Below are positions 1 to 12,670 of a stretch of DNA of 64,000 nucleotides, in pieces. The translations under genes were made by a program, and so were the position numbers. Below the pieces are notes generated by a model. It had not been told where the DNA came from and made no database searches. It saw nothing but the letters and a program-made list of their open reading frames with translations. Each line of letters opens with the position of its first letter. Position 1 is the first letter of the stretch. Source of the stretch: Okamejei kenojei (taxonomy: Eukaryota); assembly GCA_035221665.1 (NCBI GenBank), contig CM069136.1, forward strand, positions 40,982,001 to 41,046,000. Direction: 5' to 3'.

Positions 1-377
1 TTCTGTTCTTACATAGTCTTCCAGCCGGAAGAAGAGTAGGATTCCTCGCGTTCTCGACTTGGCAATCAGCTGGCTCTGGAACAATGCTGCCCTGGGGTCA
101 CCAAATTGAAACATCCTCTCTGGTAGTCAGCAAAATTGTGGAGCAGATGTTGGGTAACTGCTGTTGCAGCAGGAAGTTGCAAAGGCTTGATCATCCAGAA
201 TGAAATAGAGAAATCACAAATCTGAGGAAATGATCACCAAAAGCCAGAGAATTTTGTCTATTATCCATTGTCTAATTTGAAACCCTTCCATACACATCAG
301 ATCAATTCTATGTCCTTTTACAGAGCACTGAAACTGACCTAATCCCAAAATGGCGTGTATAGATACTCCATCCTTAC

Positions 378-462
378 CTTTTTTTAAAAGCTTTGCAAAC
401 CAAACCAAAGGCATTCTGTTCCAATCTTTCATGTGCATTCTCCAACCCAAAGTTACTCTCAT
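378..462 (-). CDS. Candidate alternative start exon within ARHGAP42 intron 2 (MRVTLGWRMHMKDWNRMPLVWFAKLLKK)
   Basis: aacaATG at 462, open 85 nt, strong donor AAG|gtaagg at 377; ends in phase 1, the same phase as exon 2; flanking DNA has no recognisable repeats. Confidence 0.4.
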
Positions 463-2131
463 TGTTTAATTCTACTTCTGTCAAGTAAAACCATTATAAC
501 TCCAGAAATACATACGGCACTGTTCCATCCAGAGCCACCAATGGTTTCAGCTTTGGTCTCCGCTATTTTCTCATCTACGTGCCTCCATGAAGTCAGGTTC
601 CAAACACAGATGAGAGCCAAAACATAACCTCATATATCAAACCCATTGCAAGGGGTCCAATTTGGATGAGCAATCTGTTGTAATGAGCTACCATTTTGAC
701 TGGTTAAACATAGCGGCATCTTAAGCAATGGAATGAGCCAAGTATGATTCTGCATCATTCTGTAACATGTGCCAAGTCCACAAAAGGAGAAGCAGCTAAT
801 TCAAGACTCCTTCACAAATATGTTCAAAGAGGGTTAAATTACTCCCAAAAAATGTTTTTTTTTTCAAAGCAAAAATCAAATCAAATATATTGATAAAAGT
901 AACCAAACTATGATAAATATAAAAATAAAGCAATTGTGGCACAATAATCTCCCTTTAAGCTATCTCTAAAGAAACTTAGATTACTAGTGCAGCCACTCCT
1001 TTTGAGAAAGCTGCTCTTTCCTTGAGTGTAATGCCAATATTGGATAAACTGCACGAAAGGTCTTCGGAAAGGAGTGGATGGTTTACTTGTGACAGATTTT
1101 CCCATCATGAGGGGGGCTCCACATGCTGAGAGTCTCATGAAGCTGACCTTTAGAAGCCAAAATTGAAAGATGACCTTTTACAATTACCATGCAAACTGAG
1201 GATAAATGAATTTCTAGTCGGAGATGTCAGTGGCATCCAGAGTACTCAATAAATCATGTGCTTGCAGATTTAATTTGCAGGGGGGGAAAAAATGTACAAT
1301 AGATTTTGTGTATATGTAGATCGAAATGAATATGAATGCTCATGGGAATCTTCGAAATAACAAAGAGAAAGATCAACTGTGACAAGCAACTAAATGTTTT
1401 CCTGTCTAAAAAGTTACCTCACAGTAGCTAATCTATTCCACTGCAATAATGGAACGAACTTATGATCAGCATCAGCACATTTCCCCACTTCCCCAATATC
1501 ACTAGAACAGTTCAAAGTTTGACCTAAAATTCAAAACATTACAAATTTCTCATAAAAGGTCATTAAGGTTGGAAATTCAAAATAAAGCAGCTTAGAGCCC
1601 TGCCTGGATTCATCAGCGCTGGGATTTTACCATTTGGCTTGTAACAGTTAACAGATGTCAGCTCTCAAGAGACCTAATCTACTTTCGTTGACCTTAGACA
1701 TTTCTTCAATCACGGCTTTCCAAAGGCAAAATAAAGTAAATTACAGAATAGCAGACCACCAACCACTCGCTTCCCTGGCAATTTACATCTCCAGAAACTA
1801 AAAACTTAGACACAAAACTTGACAAATTCAAATCCCAGAACGCACTAATACTAAGGCACAACAGTATTTTTAAAGCATTTGATAATCCAAAAATATTAAG
1901 ACAAGGATGAGTTTCTATTAAGTAAATCAGAAATCAAATGCCATGAAAACACAGATGCTTCCCCTACTGAACTGATATCGGCTACCATTTTTGTATTGCT
2001 TGAAAACCCAAACCAGTTAATTGTTTTTAAGTGGTGCAAATGGATCATTGGTCGCTGGAGATCTCTGATCTCAGTACATATTGTCCTGAATTTTTCCAGG
2101 CCAACATCATTCTTTGCATCACCACCCCATA

Positions 2132-2470
2132 TAACCCACAGCAACTTTGGAATTTCTGTGCATGCATTTTTAAATATAAAATTTCTAAAAGTAGCAAGAC
2201 TAGGCAATAAGCTGCATTCTAATACTGAACTCCTCCTTGGGCTAAACATTTCCATTGCAGACTTGCCATTTAATGGTCTACTGGGTCCCATGAGGAGCAA
2301 AGTGCATTTCCCCTAGGATTATGATTGGAAAACGCTGCAAGAGCATCAGTTAAATTGTAGGACTTTTCAGATATTAGTTTTTAAATACTCTCAATCTTTC
2401 TGAGATTTTATGTTCTAAAAATCACCTTCAGGTTTATGGTAAGCTTAAAGTTGATAGTTCCCAGCTCCCA
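2132..2470 (+). repeat. Local duplicated segment, copy 1 (paired with 7461-7790)
   Basis: Colinear match, e.g. taacccacagcaactttggaatttctgtgcatgcat ... ggtttatggtaagcttaa in both copies. Confidence 0.9.
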
Positions 2471-3059
2471 GCATGGTAAGTTGCTCCCTGTGCCGCAGCC
2501 ATGCCTGACAACAGGCCTGGCTCTCCCGCTGTGGTATTAACAACCAGCCTGAGGAAGGTTGCCGCCGAACCCCATGGACTGGAGAGGATGAAGTCGAGCT
2601 GAGGGCCAGGGAATGGATGGGCGGTGGGAGGCAGTGCAGGGCTTCCGTAGTGGAGAGGGCCGCAGAAGCCCCTTCAGCAGCGTGGGTCTCAGCCCAGCGG
2701 CCCAGGGAGCCGAGGCTGTATCCCGACCGCAGGCCCAGCTCACCTGCTGTGGACCCGGGAACCCACCCAGAGAGGGAAGGCTGCCGAGCCTAGTGCCTGC
2801 TCACCCCGAAGTCCAGGAATCAGAGAGGAGGGTGGAGGAAGATGGCAGCAGACAAAGTGCCCGGTAAGAAGAACCAGTGTAATTTTACCTTCTATGTCAT
2901 CAAGGACAGTTGTGGGAGGCACACCCTGGGGAACAAAGGCTGAAGGCCAGGCGAGGAGGTGAGTGACATCGGATCGCAGGACTACCAAAATGGAGGCAAC
3001 GGCTGCAATGGACCTTTGTGTCCAGCTGCAGCTGGAACAGTAAATCTGCACCAAAATGT

Positions 3060-3380
3060 TGCCCTTTGCATTTGGCTCAGGGGCTGTACATTCTTTACTA
3101 ACCAGGGGATTGTGTGCTGAGCTGTATTTCACATGTAAATAAAGAAACAATTGAAGTAGAGGTTTAGAGGAGATACAAGCACAGAGCATGGATGGAGTGT
3201 GGAATGCAATGCCAGAAAGGGTGGTAGAGGCAGAGACCTGTAACATTTCAGTATCAAGACCAACTTTTAAATCAGCAAGGCATAGAAGACTGTAGACCAA
3301 GTGTTGGTAAATGGGACTAGTGTGGACAAATATTTGATGGTTGGAGAGGGTGGGCCGAAGGTCCTGTTAATGTGTTTCAT
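3060..3380 (+). mobile_element. Old CR1 LINE 3' fragment
   Basis: Degenerate CR1 3' motifs (gtgtggaatgcaatgccagaaagggtggtagaggcag ... tgggccgaaggtcctgtt). Confidence 0.65.
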
Positions 3381-4309
3381 GATCCTGGGACATGGACCGC
3401 TTCTTAAATTTGACCCATTTGTAAAGTATTCAGTGCCTGGAAGCACTTTTGAATGCTTTAGAAACATTTTAGCTATTTTTAAAACCATCTACATTTACAA
3501 CAAAAATTATTGAATTTGTCTTGAATATCTCGGAAACATTCAGAGGGCTTTTAAAAGATGGAGTTTGACATCCAAACTAAATACAGCTTCCTGAATGCCA
3601 GTATCTCCTAAGATCAATTAAAGACTATACCTATAGTGTGAAATAGTTATTAACTGGAGCCTCAGGGCATCTCCAATACTCAATTAAAGGCACCATACCA
3701 ATGCAAGTAGTTGTTATTGCCTTGATGTGTTTTTGTTCCATTCTTACTCTTTCTCATCAGACTTGTACAGTGGCAAGGTTTATCTTTCAATAAAGTACAC
3801 AACAAAATTAAAAATAGTTAAAATAATGTAAATTGCAATTATGTCATATATCTAATCATGTATACGTCTTAATTAGGATAATTTCCAAAATTATATAATT
3901 CAGAACACTTATGAAATTAACTATGTTGGCCTGATCTCGCTGAGTAAATAGAAAAGTTAAATTCTATCATCTAAACAACGGCTGAAAGTTAGCAATCAAG
4001 TGCTATCTATTTAGGCTGGATAATTGGACACAGTGGGCTGAATGGACATTGAATTAAATTTCAAAATTTGCAATTTGAATTTAAATATGCAATTATTGAT
4101 TTAATATTTGAAAAAAATGTCATAGCAAATGCTATAGCTGCTTTCCTTCCAGTCAAACTATTAACAAGAAATAAAATGTCCCCTCTTCTTTTCATTGGAC
4201 TGTAAGGTAAAGTGGAGGATCTCCAAGGGACTCAATAGCCTTTTCTGTACTCCAGCAATTCACAACAGGAAGCAAGTAACAGTAAATCACACCTAGCAGC
4301 GCATCTGTT

Positions 4310-4437
4310 TGAAGAAGGGTCTCGATCCTAAAAGTCACCTATTCCTTTTCTCCAGAGATGCAGTCTGACCAGCTGAGTTACTCCAGCATTTTGTGTCTAT
4401 TTTCAGTTTAAACCAGCATCTGCAGTTCCTTCCTGCA
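4310..4437 (+). mobile_element. Penelope-derived pLTR fragment with degenerate hammerhead core
   Basis: tgaagaagggtctcgatcctaaaagtcacctattccttttctccagagatg...ccagcatctgcagttcc; flanked by a catctgtt direct repeat. Confidence 0.75.
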
Positions 4438-4620
4438 CATCTGTTGAAATGAACGGACTGAAAAAATCACTGCCTTGGACCTCCAGAAAATTTCTATCGC
4501 CCACTCTCTAGGAAAACTGAAACAGCCACAAGCTTATAAGCAGGAGTAAAATACATTATTGGCGAAGAGATGGAAATAAATTATCAAACAGAGAAGATAT
4601 CAGAATTGTCTAGTTACTAA

Positions 4621-4751
4621 AGGGCCTGTCCTACTTAAGCGACTTTTTCGGCGACAGCCTGTCGTAGACATTGTCGTAGGGGGCCGGTTTCTCGACGTCA
4701 CGCCACGACAGTGACTGTCGCCGAAAAAGTCACCTAAGTGGGACAGGCCCT
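4621..4751. mobile_element. Short non-autonomous TIR element (Harbinger-like MITE, TWA flanks)
   Basis: ~34-bp imperfect TIR agggcctgtcctacttaagcgactttttcggcgacag / ctgtcgccgaaaaagtcacctaagtgggacaggccct; flanks TAA and TTA. Confidence 0.85.
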
Positions 4752-4906
4752 TTAATAGGCCAACAAATGACACTCTATATTTAACACCACTTTTACGAAG
4801 CACCAAGCAGAGCAAGGAAAGCATAAAATGGCATAAAATGCTGCAATTCTCCATTCCCATTTGTACATGATTTATCTGCCACTGGCCTCCTGCGCTGTTA
4901 TACTGA

Positions 4907-5355
4907 AGGGGCTGTCCCACTTCTGGCGAGTTTGCGTATTTTTCAACGTTGAAAAATGCCCGCGAGTAAAAAAAGGTCGCCATGGAAAGAAATCTATACC
5001 TTTTTTACTCGTAGGTTTAGTCAAAGTAGTTTGTAGTAGGTCGTAGTAGGTCGGCATGTTAGTCGTAGGTAATTGAGGATAGTCAAAGGTAATCGAAGGT
5101 AGTCATAGATAGTCTTTATCATAGTCGAAGGGAGGTCGAAGGGAGGTCGAAGGAAATCAAAGGAGGTCGTCTTCACTCTCTACTATTTGGTGTCCAATTT
5201 TCCCAAAGTTAGTCGTAGGTAGTCGAAGCTGGTCTTCAACATAGTCGAAGGAGGTCTTCTAAGTAGTCGAAGGAGACCTTCAACATGTCATTTTTTCAAA
5301 CTCTCCTAAACTCTTCTAATCTCGCGAATTAGGTCGCCGCAGTGGGACAGGCCCA
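4907..5355. mobile_element. Non-autonomous TIR element (Harbinger-like) with internal 9-12-bp tandem repeats
   Basis: TIR aggggctgtcccact / agtgggacaggccca; flanks TGA and TAA; internal tagtcg(t/a)agg repeats; related to 31092-31495. Confidence 0.85.
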
Positions 5356-5781
5356 TAAATTTGAGGAACATCAACTCATCTTCCACCTGGACAAGTTACA
5401 GTGTTCCAGACAAGATGTGGAACGCCACAACTTCAGGCAACTTCCTCTGTCTGTATAAAACTAATCATTTCAATCTATGGCATTGGAAAGTTTTCATCCC
5501 TTTATTAACATATCCTGACCTATTGGACATGTCCATCAGTCCTACATTTTCCAATTTTTACATTCTTTCATTTGTACTCATTTGATGCATTATCTTGAAA
5601 GCACATACATTGTATATTCCATTCATTTGAACAAAGATGCGACAGTCCTAAAATGTAGAGCAAGCACCATTTCAGACAAATCCACATGCTTCTAACAAGA
5701 AGGGACAACAATGAAATGTGATTACTTTTCAATCACCTTTGTTGAACTACAACGCCACATACTTGTATTGATTGATACAAT

Positions 5782-6993
5782 ATGAAACATGGCACTGACT
5801 TGTGCATATATGCCCTAAAGGAGATTGTAAATAAATATAGAGGCAAAAACCCTTCCATTCTTATGTGCTTTATTGATGCCTCCAAAGCCTTTGATCATGT
5901 TAATCATAGAATGTTTTTTGTTAAATTGAGTCAAAGGGGGTGCCTAAATACATTGTGAGAATGCCAACCAGACTATGCAAATAAAATGGGGCAATAGGTC
6001 TCAGCCCAATTTGGGGTTAACAATGGTGTCAGACAAGGGGGGATTTTATTCCCAGTCCTTTTTAATCTTTATATTGATGAATTGTCCAATCAATTGAAAG
6101 CCTGTAATACTGGGTGCATGATTGATAATACTTTAGTGAACCATATTATGTATGCAGCTGATCTTGTGGTCTTTAGTCCATCTAGCGCTGGTCTCCAGCC
6201 GCTCCTTACTACAAGTTCTGTGTATGGTGTGGAACATTATTAAATATAATGCTTGTAAGAGAGAGTGCTGTTACGATCTGTAGAATCAAAGAGGATAAAT
6301 GTCTAAAATGTCCTGGTTTTAAATTGTTTGGTAATAATCTTAGTGTCTGTAATAAGGTAAAATACCGTGAGCGTTTTATTACAGAACAAATGACAGATGA
6401 TGAGGATATTTATAGGCAATGACGTATGCTGTATGTACAGGCGAATATTCTCTTGTGTAAGTTTGGTGCGTGTACAGATGTGGTGAAGATGTTGCTGTTC
6501 AGAACATATTGTACACCACTCTATACTGCGCACCTGTGGTCGAACTACAGAAAGACAAGTTTGCAGAGACTAAAGGTGGACCTATAATAAAGCCATGAGA
6601 ACGCTGCTAAGGAAACCTAGATGGTGTAGTGCTAGTAACGTGTTTGTGGCTGCAGGAGCCAGTACTTTAGAAGATATCCTAAGAAATCATATGTATAAAT
6701 TAATTTGCAGGATAAATTACTCTAAAAATATAATTATTGTGGCCTTGTCAAACATAAGATTTAGCACTACACGCTACGAATCCCAGTTGTGGAGACACTG
6801 GTATCGCTGTCTCGTTGTTGGACATTGATCATTCTTTTTTATTCTGGATTTTAAATCATGTATTGTGTTTTTATTAAATATATAATTTATGATGCTTTTA
6901 TAAGTGATATACTAAGATTTTATATGTATTTTATGGTGTTTTTATATGCAATGTATTTTTATGTAATGTCTGGATCTTGAGTCTGAAATAAAG

Positions 6994-7026
<33 letters not shown>

Positions 7027-7029
7027 CAA
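5782..7029 (+). mobile_element. 5'-truncated non-LTR retrotransposon (RTEX-like) with (ATT)n tail
   Basis: Frameshifted RT motifs (FIDASKAFD, GVRQGG, MYAAD), C-terminal YCTPLYTAHLW; aataaa plus (att)n tail; 23-bp target duplication atacttg(t/c)attgattgatacaat at 5759-5781 and 7030-7052. Confidence 0.85.
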
Positions 7030-7460
7030 ATACTTGCATTGATTGATACAATTGATTTATTGAGGCTAAATAGATCATTTAGAGGGCATTCTGGAATTTT
7101 TCCCCCAACAAGTTCAACTGAGTGCAGTTTTACAGAAGCTAAATGAGCAGCTTTGAAAATTCTGTCCATCACTTCATATCTATATCTGATGCAATTCCAA
7201 TTTGTCTTTTGTCCTTCAACTTAAATAAAACAACACAACCACTGTATGCGTCCTGTCAAAGATCATGTTGCAATCCCAAGATCCAACTCTTTGCCACCAT
7301 TCATTAATTGTAGGTTACCGGTGGCTTAAATATAAAGTGCTTACACCCGTGATGAGATGATATTTTTGACTCAATCCTCTTATTTCCCTACACCACTCCA
7401 ACTTGTGCATATGACAATCAACTTGAAGGCTAACATCGTACTTTGATTCATTAGCCCCTG

Positions 7461-7790
7461 TAACCCACAGCAACTTTGGAATTTCTGTGCATGCATGTAT
7501 AAATATAACATTCTAAAAGTAGCATGACTAGGCAATAAGCTGCATTCTTATGATGAACACCTCCTTGAGCGAAACACTTACATTGCAGGCTTGCCATTTA
7601 ATGATCTACTGGGTCCCGTGAGGAGCAAGGTGCATTTCCCCTTGGATTATTATGATTGGGAATAGCTGCAAGACCATCAGCTAATTTACAGGACTTTCTC
7701 ATATATTCGTTTTTAAATACACTTTCCACAAATTTATTTTCTAAAATCACCTCAAGGTTTATGGTAAGCTTAAGGTTGACCGCTCCCAGT
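7461..7790 (+). repeat. Local duplicated segment, copy 2 (paired with 2132-2470)
   Basis: Colinear diverged match to 2132-2470. Confidence 0.9.
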
Positions 7791-8874
7791 GTGCTGGGAT
7801 TAGTTTATGACTCGATCCTCTTATTTCTCCACACCACTCTGACAATGAACGAACAAGGTTCCCCATCAAACATTACATTCCATTCATCACCATCTTGGCT
7901 ATCCTCTTCACTTTTGCAGCTGCAGTTTCAGCTTTCTGACACACGCTATGGATTTTTCGCTCCAAACCCTTTTGTGACACCATCTCCCTCCTTCAACTCA
8001 GTCCTGATAAAACTTCTGAGCATCCCCTTCTTTGTCTCACTGTATTATTCTTTTCCTGACAACTTTGTGGTCCAAGAGGATGCTTAAATCTGTAGCTACC
8101 TGGCCCGCTGATTTACTCCAGCACTTTTGTGTCTTATTTTGTAAAAACAGAATCTGCAGCTCCTGTGTCTCCTTGTGGCCATACATGATTATTCACTAGG
8201 TGTGTCAGGAAGAACATGTTTCTCAGACTTCGCTACACATTAGACCGATGCTGGCATTTGACAACGGGTCGGCAATTCTGGAATGGGCAAACAATGGATA
8301 GAATACAGTTTTGCTAAATTCAAGGGTGAATTCCTGGTGAGAGATGCAAGAGGAGAACAGGGAATGACTTGACCATAGATGGGAAAGAGGTCCCCCTTGG
8401 AACAGAGTCTGACAGGCAGCATTTAGCGATCATTATTTGTATCAATAATCCGTCCTTACCATGTCCTTACCCGCATTTACATTCCATTGAAGTATGCTCA
8501 TGTCAAAATAAATTTATACTGAAGGGAAATAACACGACGGGCTTACTTCCTCACTCATTATCTGACACCATATGAGAAGAAAGATCGCTTTCACAAGAGA
8601 TGAGAGTTTCCCAGTTCTTGTGGCAGTGTATCCCGGAAAGAGGTGAGAAAGCGGGGGGAGGGGATTGAGAATGCTTTTCTGGCTTTTTGTCGATAATAGC
8701 TTTGGACAATCAAACCAGTGAAGCTGCGCTTTATCGTTTTCTATGTGTAATCAATTATTTCTGAACTTGGAAATGGTGGGAACATTTGGCTAGAAATCTT
8801 GGTGACACCACAAGAAAAACTAACTAACATTAAATATGAATAAATGATAATTTTTTTTAATATTTAAGACTTAC

Positions 8875-8970
8875 CAATATTAATCTCATCATCAGTCTCT
8901 GCATCGCCAATGCACTCAAACTGGAAATCCTGCAATGATTGTGAAAACCTCTGAACAGCTGCAGATAAAT
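8875..8970 (-). CDS. ARHGAP42: Coding exon 2 (BAR domain) of a GRAF-family Rho GTPase-activating protein, best match ARHGAP42
   Basis: Minus strand reads polypyrimidine-cag|AT TTA TCT GCA...ATT AAT ATT G|gtaagt; 96 nt, phase 1-1. Translates (N)[31 protein letters not shown](A), nearly identical to the ARHGAP42 segment as I recall it ([33 protein letters not shown]) and closer to it than to OPHN1 or ARHGAP26. Confidence 0.92.
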
Positions 8971-9306
8971 CTGAAAAACAAATACAAAAATACTAGACTT
9001 AAGATACTTTTCTAACACCTAAATTGGTCCTTTTTTAAAAAAAGTGAATAATGAGTCAAAGCTCAGCAAACATTGTTCATTATGATGCAAATATTTTAAA
9101 TGGGCAGGAATCTCATAGCACAATTCAATTATTCTACTGCAAAAATAATGTTTTGTCCTTTCAAGTCAAGAATCCTTGCTGTGAGTAACAACTGATATCA
9201 GCATTCAATCACTTTGAGGCTTCAGTCACATTCCTTGTGCTGGCTTTCCGGTTATAACAGTGCGGACTAAAACAAATCCCCTCCTGCTGCTATTTTGTGT
9301 TACTAA

Positions 9307-9795
9307 AGGGCCTGTCCTACCAGCATCCAACTCCATGCGGTGAGCGCGACCAAACCGGCAGCGGGGGCCGCGCGGAGGTGGGGTGAGTGGCGCAACGCGG
9401 CGGGAAGTGAGGCGAACTTGGAGCGAAGTCTGAAAGGTAAGTTCGCCAGGACTGAGAGGGACACACAGTGAGGGGCACAGAGTCACACACAGAGAGGGCC
9501 ATGGAGCCACACACAGAGAGGGTCACGGAGGCACCTACTGAGAGGGTCACGGAGGCACAACGTCGAAGCGGTGTGTAATGCGCCGAGGCAACTGCGAGTC
9601 GACAAGCCGTTGCCGCGCGGAATTTTTGAACATGGTCAGTTTTTCGGAGCCCCGCGCGATGTCGGGACGAACTCCGCACAATTCCGCACGGCTCCGGCGA
9701 TCGAAGTGGGACCGGCCCCGGGACGCCGGACAGCTCAAGCGACCACGTTAGGTCGCGCTCATTGCATGGAGTTGCATGCTGGTGGGACAGGCCCT
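9307..9795. mobile_element. Non-autonomous TIR element (Harbinger-like), CpG-rich; same family as 37619-38185
   Basis: TIR agggcctgtcctaccagcat / atgctggtgggacaggccct; TAA on both flanks; internal ~20-bp tandem repeats at 9450-9560. Confidence 0.9.
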
Positions 9796-10715
9796 TAAGA
9801 AGTTATTAGCTTAAAATCTTTTGTGTACATTCACTGGTGAAATGACACGGTAAAATCAATGGGAGAGTAGTTTTTTTTTTTTTTAATTGCTTTACTTCCT
9901 TAGTTACTAATTGCTAGTTCTTTGATAAGGAAATATGCATATGAAATGGAATTGCTTGTATTGCAAAATGCAGTCAGTAATTTCGATTTGGCACCGTCAA
10001 GGCCTTCAAAGAGAGACAGGATGTTCTGCAATTTCTCAAGTCCAGTTTTTGTTTTCAGATTTATCACGTAATCCATCTGAGGAGGAATGAAGGTGCCAGA
10101 TTTTGCTAACAGCAACTAAACAAACCTGTGTATGGCAAACACCTGTCAGGCAACGACCCAAAAAGCATAATCCCTCCCAGAACATCTGGCGATGATGTTA
10201 ATAGGACAAGCATTGATATTCCTTCGTAGCTAATCACATTGAACAATCAACAGTCATCAACAATCTGGTGACCTTGACCCATGCAAGACCACATTTTTCC
10301 AGAGATAGTCCAAGCCCAAGGGGACCAAAACCTGGTCTTGTGTTGAGTGACCCCAATATAACATTTGCTCCATGGGCTGGAAATTATGTTCAGTGATGGG
10401 CAATCCATGTTCAGTGTCGACATCACAAAATGGTCGCACATTTCATGGTTCTTGCATTCATACTTGACATATGGAAATGGTTTCAACAGTCACAGCAAAG
10501 TCATACAGGGCTCCAGGACTAACTAACACATGACCTGCTATGCAATGGGTGGTGTCCAGGCCAGCCTTAGCTACTTGTACTGAAAAAAACAACAGGTTCC
10601 TCCTGTCAAATTGTCCACTGGTTCTTCATGTTTCATTCAAGTGCCTAAAACAAGTTTTTTTTTTGATGCTACAAATTCTTTAAAGTATTTATATGCAAAT
10701 TAACATCTGAAAACA

Positions 10716-11785
10716 AATTCAGATTCAGATTCAGATTCCTTTATTGTCATTCAGACCTTTCGGTCTGAACGAAATTTGTTACCTTGCAGTCATAACATGT
10801 AATAAAATTAAAACAAAACACACAATAAACACATAATTAACATCCACCACAGTGAGTTCACCAAGCACCTCCTCACTGTGGTGGAAGGCAAAAGTCTTAA
10901 AGTCTTTGTCAATTTCCCCTACTTGTTCCCCCTCTGTACTGAGGCAATCCAGGCCTTCGATGTCATCGTCCACCAGGCCCGCGGGCCGAGCCTCCGAAGC
11001 CAGGCCGCCACCGCCGCCGCCGCCGGAACACCACCACAGCCCCCAGCCAGGATCGACCACGGGAACGCTGGAGAGCCGCTGGAGCGCCGAAGCCCCGAAG
11101 CCGGGCCGCTGCTGGAGCACCTGCTGGAGAGCCGCCGGAGCGCCGCAGCTGGGCCGCTGCTGGAACACCCGCTGGAGAGCCACTGGAGAGCCGCCGGAGC
11201 GCCAATGCCGGGCCGCTGCTGGAACACCCGCCGGAGCCGCCGGAGCGCCAATGCCGGGCCGCTGCTGGAGCGCCGCTGGAGAGCCGCCGGAGCCGCCGGA
11301 GCGCCGAAGCCGGGCCGCTGCCAGAGTACCCGCTGGAGAGCCGCCGGAGCCGCCGGAGCGCCGAAGCCGGGCCGCTGCTGGAGCGCCGCTGGAGAGCCGC
11401 CGGAGCGCCAATGCCGGGCCGCTGCTGGAGCACCGCTGGAGCAACTGCTGGAGCGCCGAAGCCCCGAAGCCCCGAAGCCGGGCCGCCGCCGCCGCCGCTG
11501 GAACACCGGAGCTCTGAACGCTCGCCACAGCTCCGAGGCCACCAGCTCCGCCATTAGGCCTCAGCACAGACGGAGACGGTGACGGGGGACACGACAAGAA
11601 AAGGTCGCATCCCCCGAAGGGAGAGACTAAAACCTTGTTTCTCCCACCCTCCCCCCCCCCCCCCCCACACACAAACACAGCCTAATAAACCAAAATTCTA
11701 ACTAAAAACAGACACAAAAGGACCAAAAAAAAGAAAAAAACAGACGGGACTGCAGGTGAGCCGCAGCTGCCACGCAGCGCCGCCA
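10716..11785 (-). mobile_element. Non-coding retroposon-like element with (AATCTG)n tail and internal GC-rich minisatellite
   Basis: Minus strand ends aataaaggaatctgaatctgaatctgaa (LINE-type microsatellite tail); no RT motifs; GC-rich repeats inside. Confidence 0.65.
11066..11512. repeat. GC-rich composite minisatellite built from 9-12-bp modules
   Basis: Reiterated gctggagagccgccggagcgccgaagccgggccgct variants; module lengths are mostly multiples of 3. Confidence 0.9.
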
Positions 11786-11965
11786 AATCTAAACTGACTG
11801 CTTAGTCCCTCTGAGTTCACGAGAGAAGCTGACTTTGAACCAGATCCAGCATGGAATTGCTGCATTGGACTTCACTCAGAAATAAGCTTGGAGCCCAAGT
11901 CTCAGAAGCAGCCACAAAGAGCTCACCATAGCCAGGAACATTCCATAATGGTGAAGCAGAAGTTA

Positions 11966-12670
11966 TGGGTCTGCCCCACTTAGGCGATTTTTCAGGCGAC
12001 TGCCGGCAACTGTTAAGTCGTAAAATGTCACAGAAAAGCCGGCGACTGGAACGGCGACAAACATACACACATCACTTCCTTCACCAGCTCGTTATGCAGA
12101 CGGAGGACAGGGCAAGTGGGGGGAGCACTATCTGAGTGAAATTCACATGGTGCAAAGCCACTGTGATACAGACACACACCACGATGAACAGGCCGGTTGA
12201 CGCTGTAATTAAGACGGTGAAAGTACAGTGTACGGGAATGGTCACATAAGTATTTTAAAAGAGGTGGGAGAGAAGGAGTGAAGACAACTTTCAAGAAGCC
12301 AGAGATACACGGCTGTGAAGCTCAGCGGATATTAACATTACAGTCGGTTATCCTTGGTTCTGAAAACTACTGTTTACGTTTTGTTTCCCCAATGAGCCTA
12401 TGGAATCACCGGTCAGCATCGGCGACAACCTCCTGGTAACCCACTACCACTGCACAATGGCACGAGAATTCTCGCTACTCTCCATGGCGGCTTCATTCTG
12501 GTCGCCACTAATTTTTCCACATGTTGAAAAATTAGTGGCGACCAGATTGAAGCCGTGACTTGTTCCGAGAATGTGGGAACTCCTTACGCCCATGAAGGCG
12601 ACTCCCCGGCAACCACCCGCGAACATGTGGCAATCGCAAGTGGGACATAATCGCAAGTGGGACAGGCCCA
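11966..12670. mobile_element. Non-autonomous TIR element (Harbinger-like), related to 4621-4751
   Basis: TIR tgggtctgccccactt / aagtgggacaggccca; flanks TTA and TAA. Confidence 0.85.

Noticed and set aside
1896-2316. Overlapping 134-aa and 106-aa ORFs as host exons
   Set aside because: No similarity to the expected ARHGAP42 exon 3 peptide (AQSLKEFARLL-like) and no recognisable domain.
10779-11678. Five long overlapping ORFs (156-299 aa) on both strands
   Set aside because: They arise from a GC-rich minisatellite lacking stop codons; the translations are low-complexity and have no domain or splice context.
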